A stretch of DNA of 64,000 nucleotides from Octopus vulgaris. Its lineage: Eukaryota. The position numbers and the translations under genes were made by a program. Shown one piece after another: positions 63,098 to 64,000 of the stretch (position 1 is its first letter; each line of letters opens with the position of its first letter). Location: NCBI GenBank assembly GCA_951406725.2, contig OX597819.1:108624001-108688000 (forward strand). The letters are read 5' to 3'. Below the pieces are notes generated by a model. That model ran no database searches, had not been told where the DNA came from, and saw only the letters and a program-made list of their open reading frames with translations.

Positions 63098-64000
63098 CAG
63101 GCTCCTGGTACTACTGCCGCCCTCTCTTGGCAACACATTACACTAGCAGTAATAAATATCATCTGCGATGCGGTGGATCAAATATACCAATATATAAATA
63201 CATTTTTTACAACTATTTTGCCACCAATTTTATTTACACGTTACCAAAAAAAGTACATTTCTTAGGATTGAATTATGTTTAATAAAAAGCAAAAAAATCT
63301 AGCTATGTGGGTTCGTTTCTTTTCACTAGACGAAGCTGAATAAATATTACACAGGAACTAGACACCGTTTACACGTGGACGGTTACTCGTTTTATGGGAA
63401 CGATGGCGGGATTTCTGATATAAATATTGACATTTTTGGTTTGTAAGTAGATTTATAAGAATCGGCACTTGAATTTATTAACTTCTCTCTTCAAACTATC
63501 TCACCTGTTTTGCATTCATTTACTTTGTAGCTTTTAATGTATTCCATTACAAACCTAAACTAAAGAAGAGCGCAAGTACGCAATCGAATTAAGATAATCT
63601 TTAATAAGTAAACATTCAAATGATAAATAAATATGTCTTTTTCTTAATAGAATTAAGGACAGTGTGATTTTAATGAAGCTTTATGACTATTGTGGTTTCT
63701 AAATTTCAGTTTACTAATATGCACCAACTGTTATGTTAATTACGTTTTCTCGTGAAACGACTGTGTGCTTCGCTTCTTGCATGTTTTAGATTTGCTGTCG
63801 AAACAAAATGACTACCGCTTGCGTTACTTGTTAAACATTTTCTTTTCTTATTTTCTCTTTAAAACATTGTATTCGATTGCTTCGGACAATCTGAAAGCGA
63901 AATAACTAGTTTCTCTGGAATTGTTCAGTTTCCCCCGATTTTTCACAAGAAAAAAAAAATGTCTTTCGGTGAATACTAAAAATGTTGACTTGACTTTAGT

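Overview
Eukaryotic, AT-rich, repeat-dense animal DNA. The SINE, RTE-LINE and microsatellite style resembles Octopus (inference, not verified). Two intron-rich genes converge tail to tail. (1) RanGAP1 on +: 17 coding exons, 671..38765, 1788 nt, 595 aa, with LRR GAP domain, acidic tract and C-terminal SUMO/Ubc9 domain. (2) IFT22/RABL5 on -: 6 coding exons, 63059..43772, 567 nt, 188 aa, with a perfect RFX X-box just upstream of the ATG. All exon phases were checked by hand and join in frame. Introns carry RTE and CR1-like LINEs, tRNA-derived SINEs, mariner/Tc1 relics, piggyBac-type MITEs, Helitron-like elements and Penelope-like relics. Most notable observations: a candidate alternative terminal exon giving a short RanGAP that ends in a PKI-like NES and lacks the SUMO domain; an exact 125-bp duplication of the exon-4 acceptor that creates a candidate poison exon; three degenerate minimal hammerhead ribozyme motifs, two inside Penelope-type inverted repeats; a 909-aa in-frame mariner/LINE fusion ORF; and a PHD finger inside an RTE reverse transcriptase. 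Most short ORFs in the supplied track are spurious.
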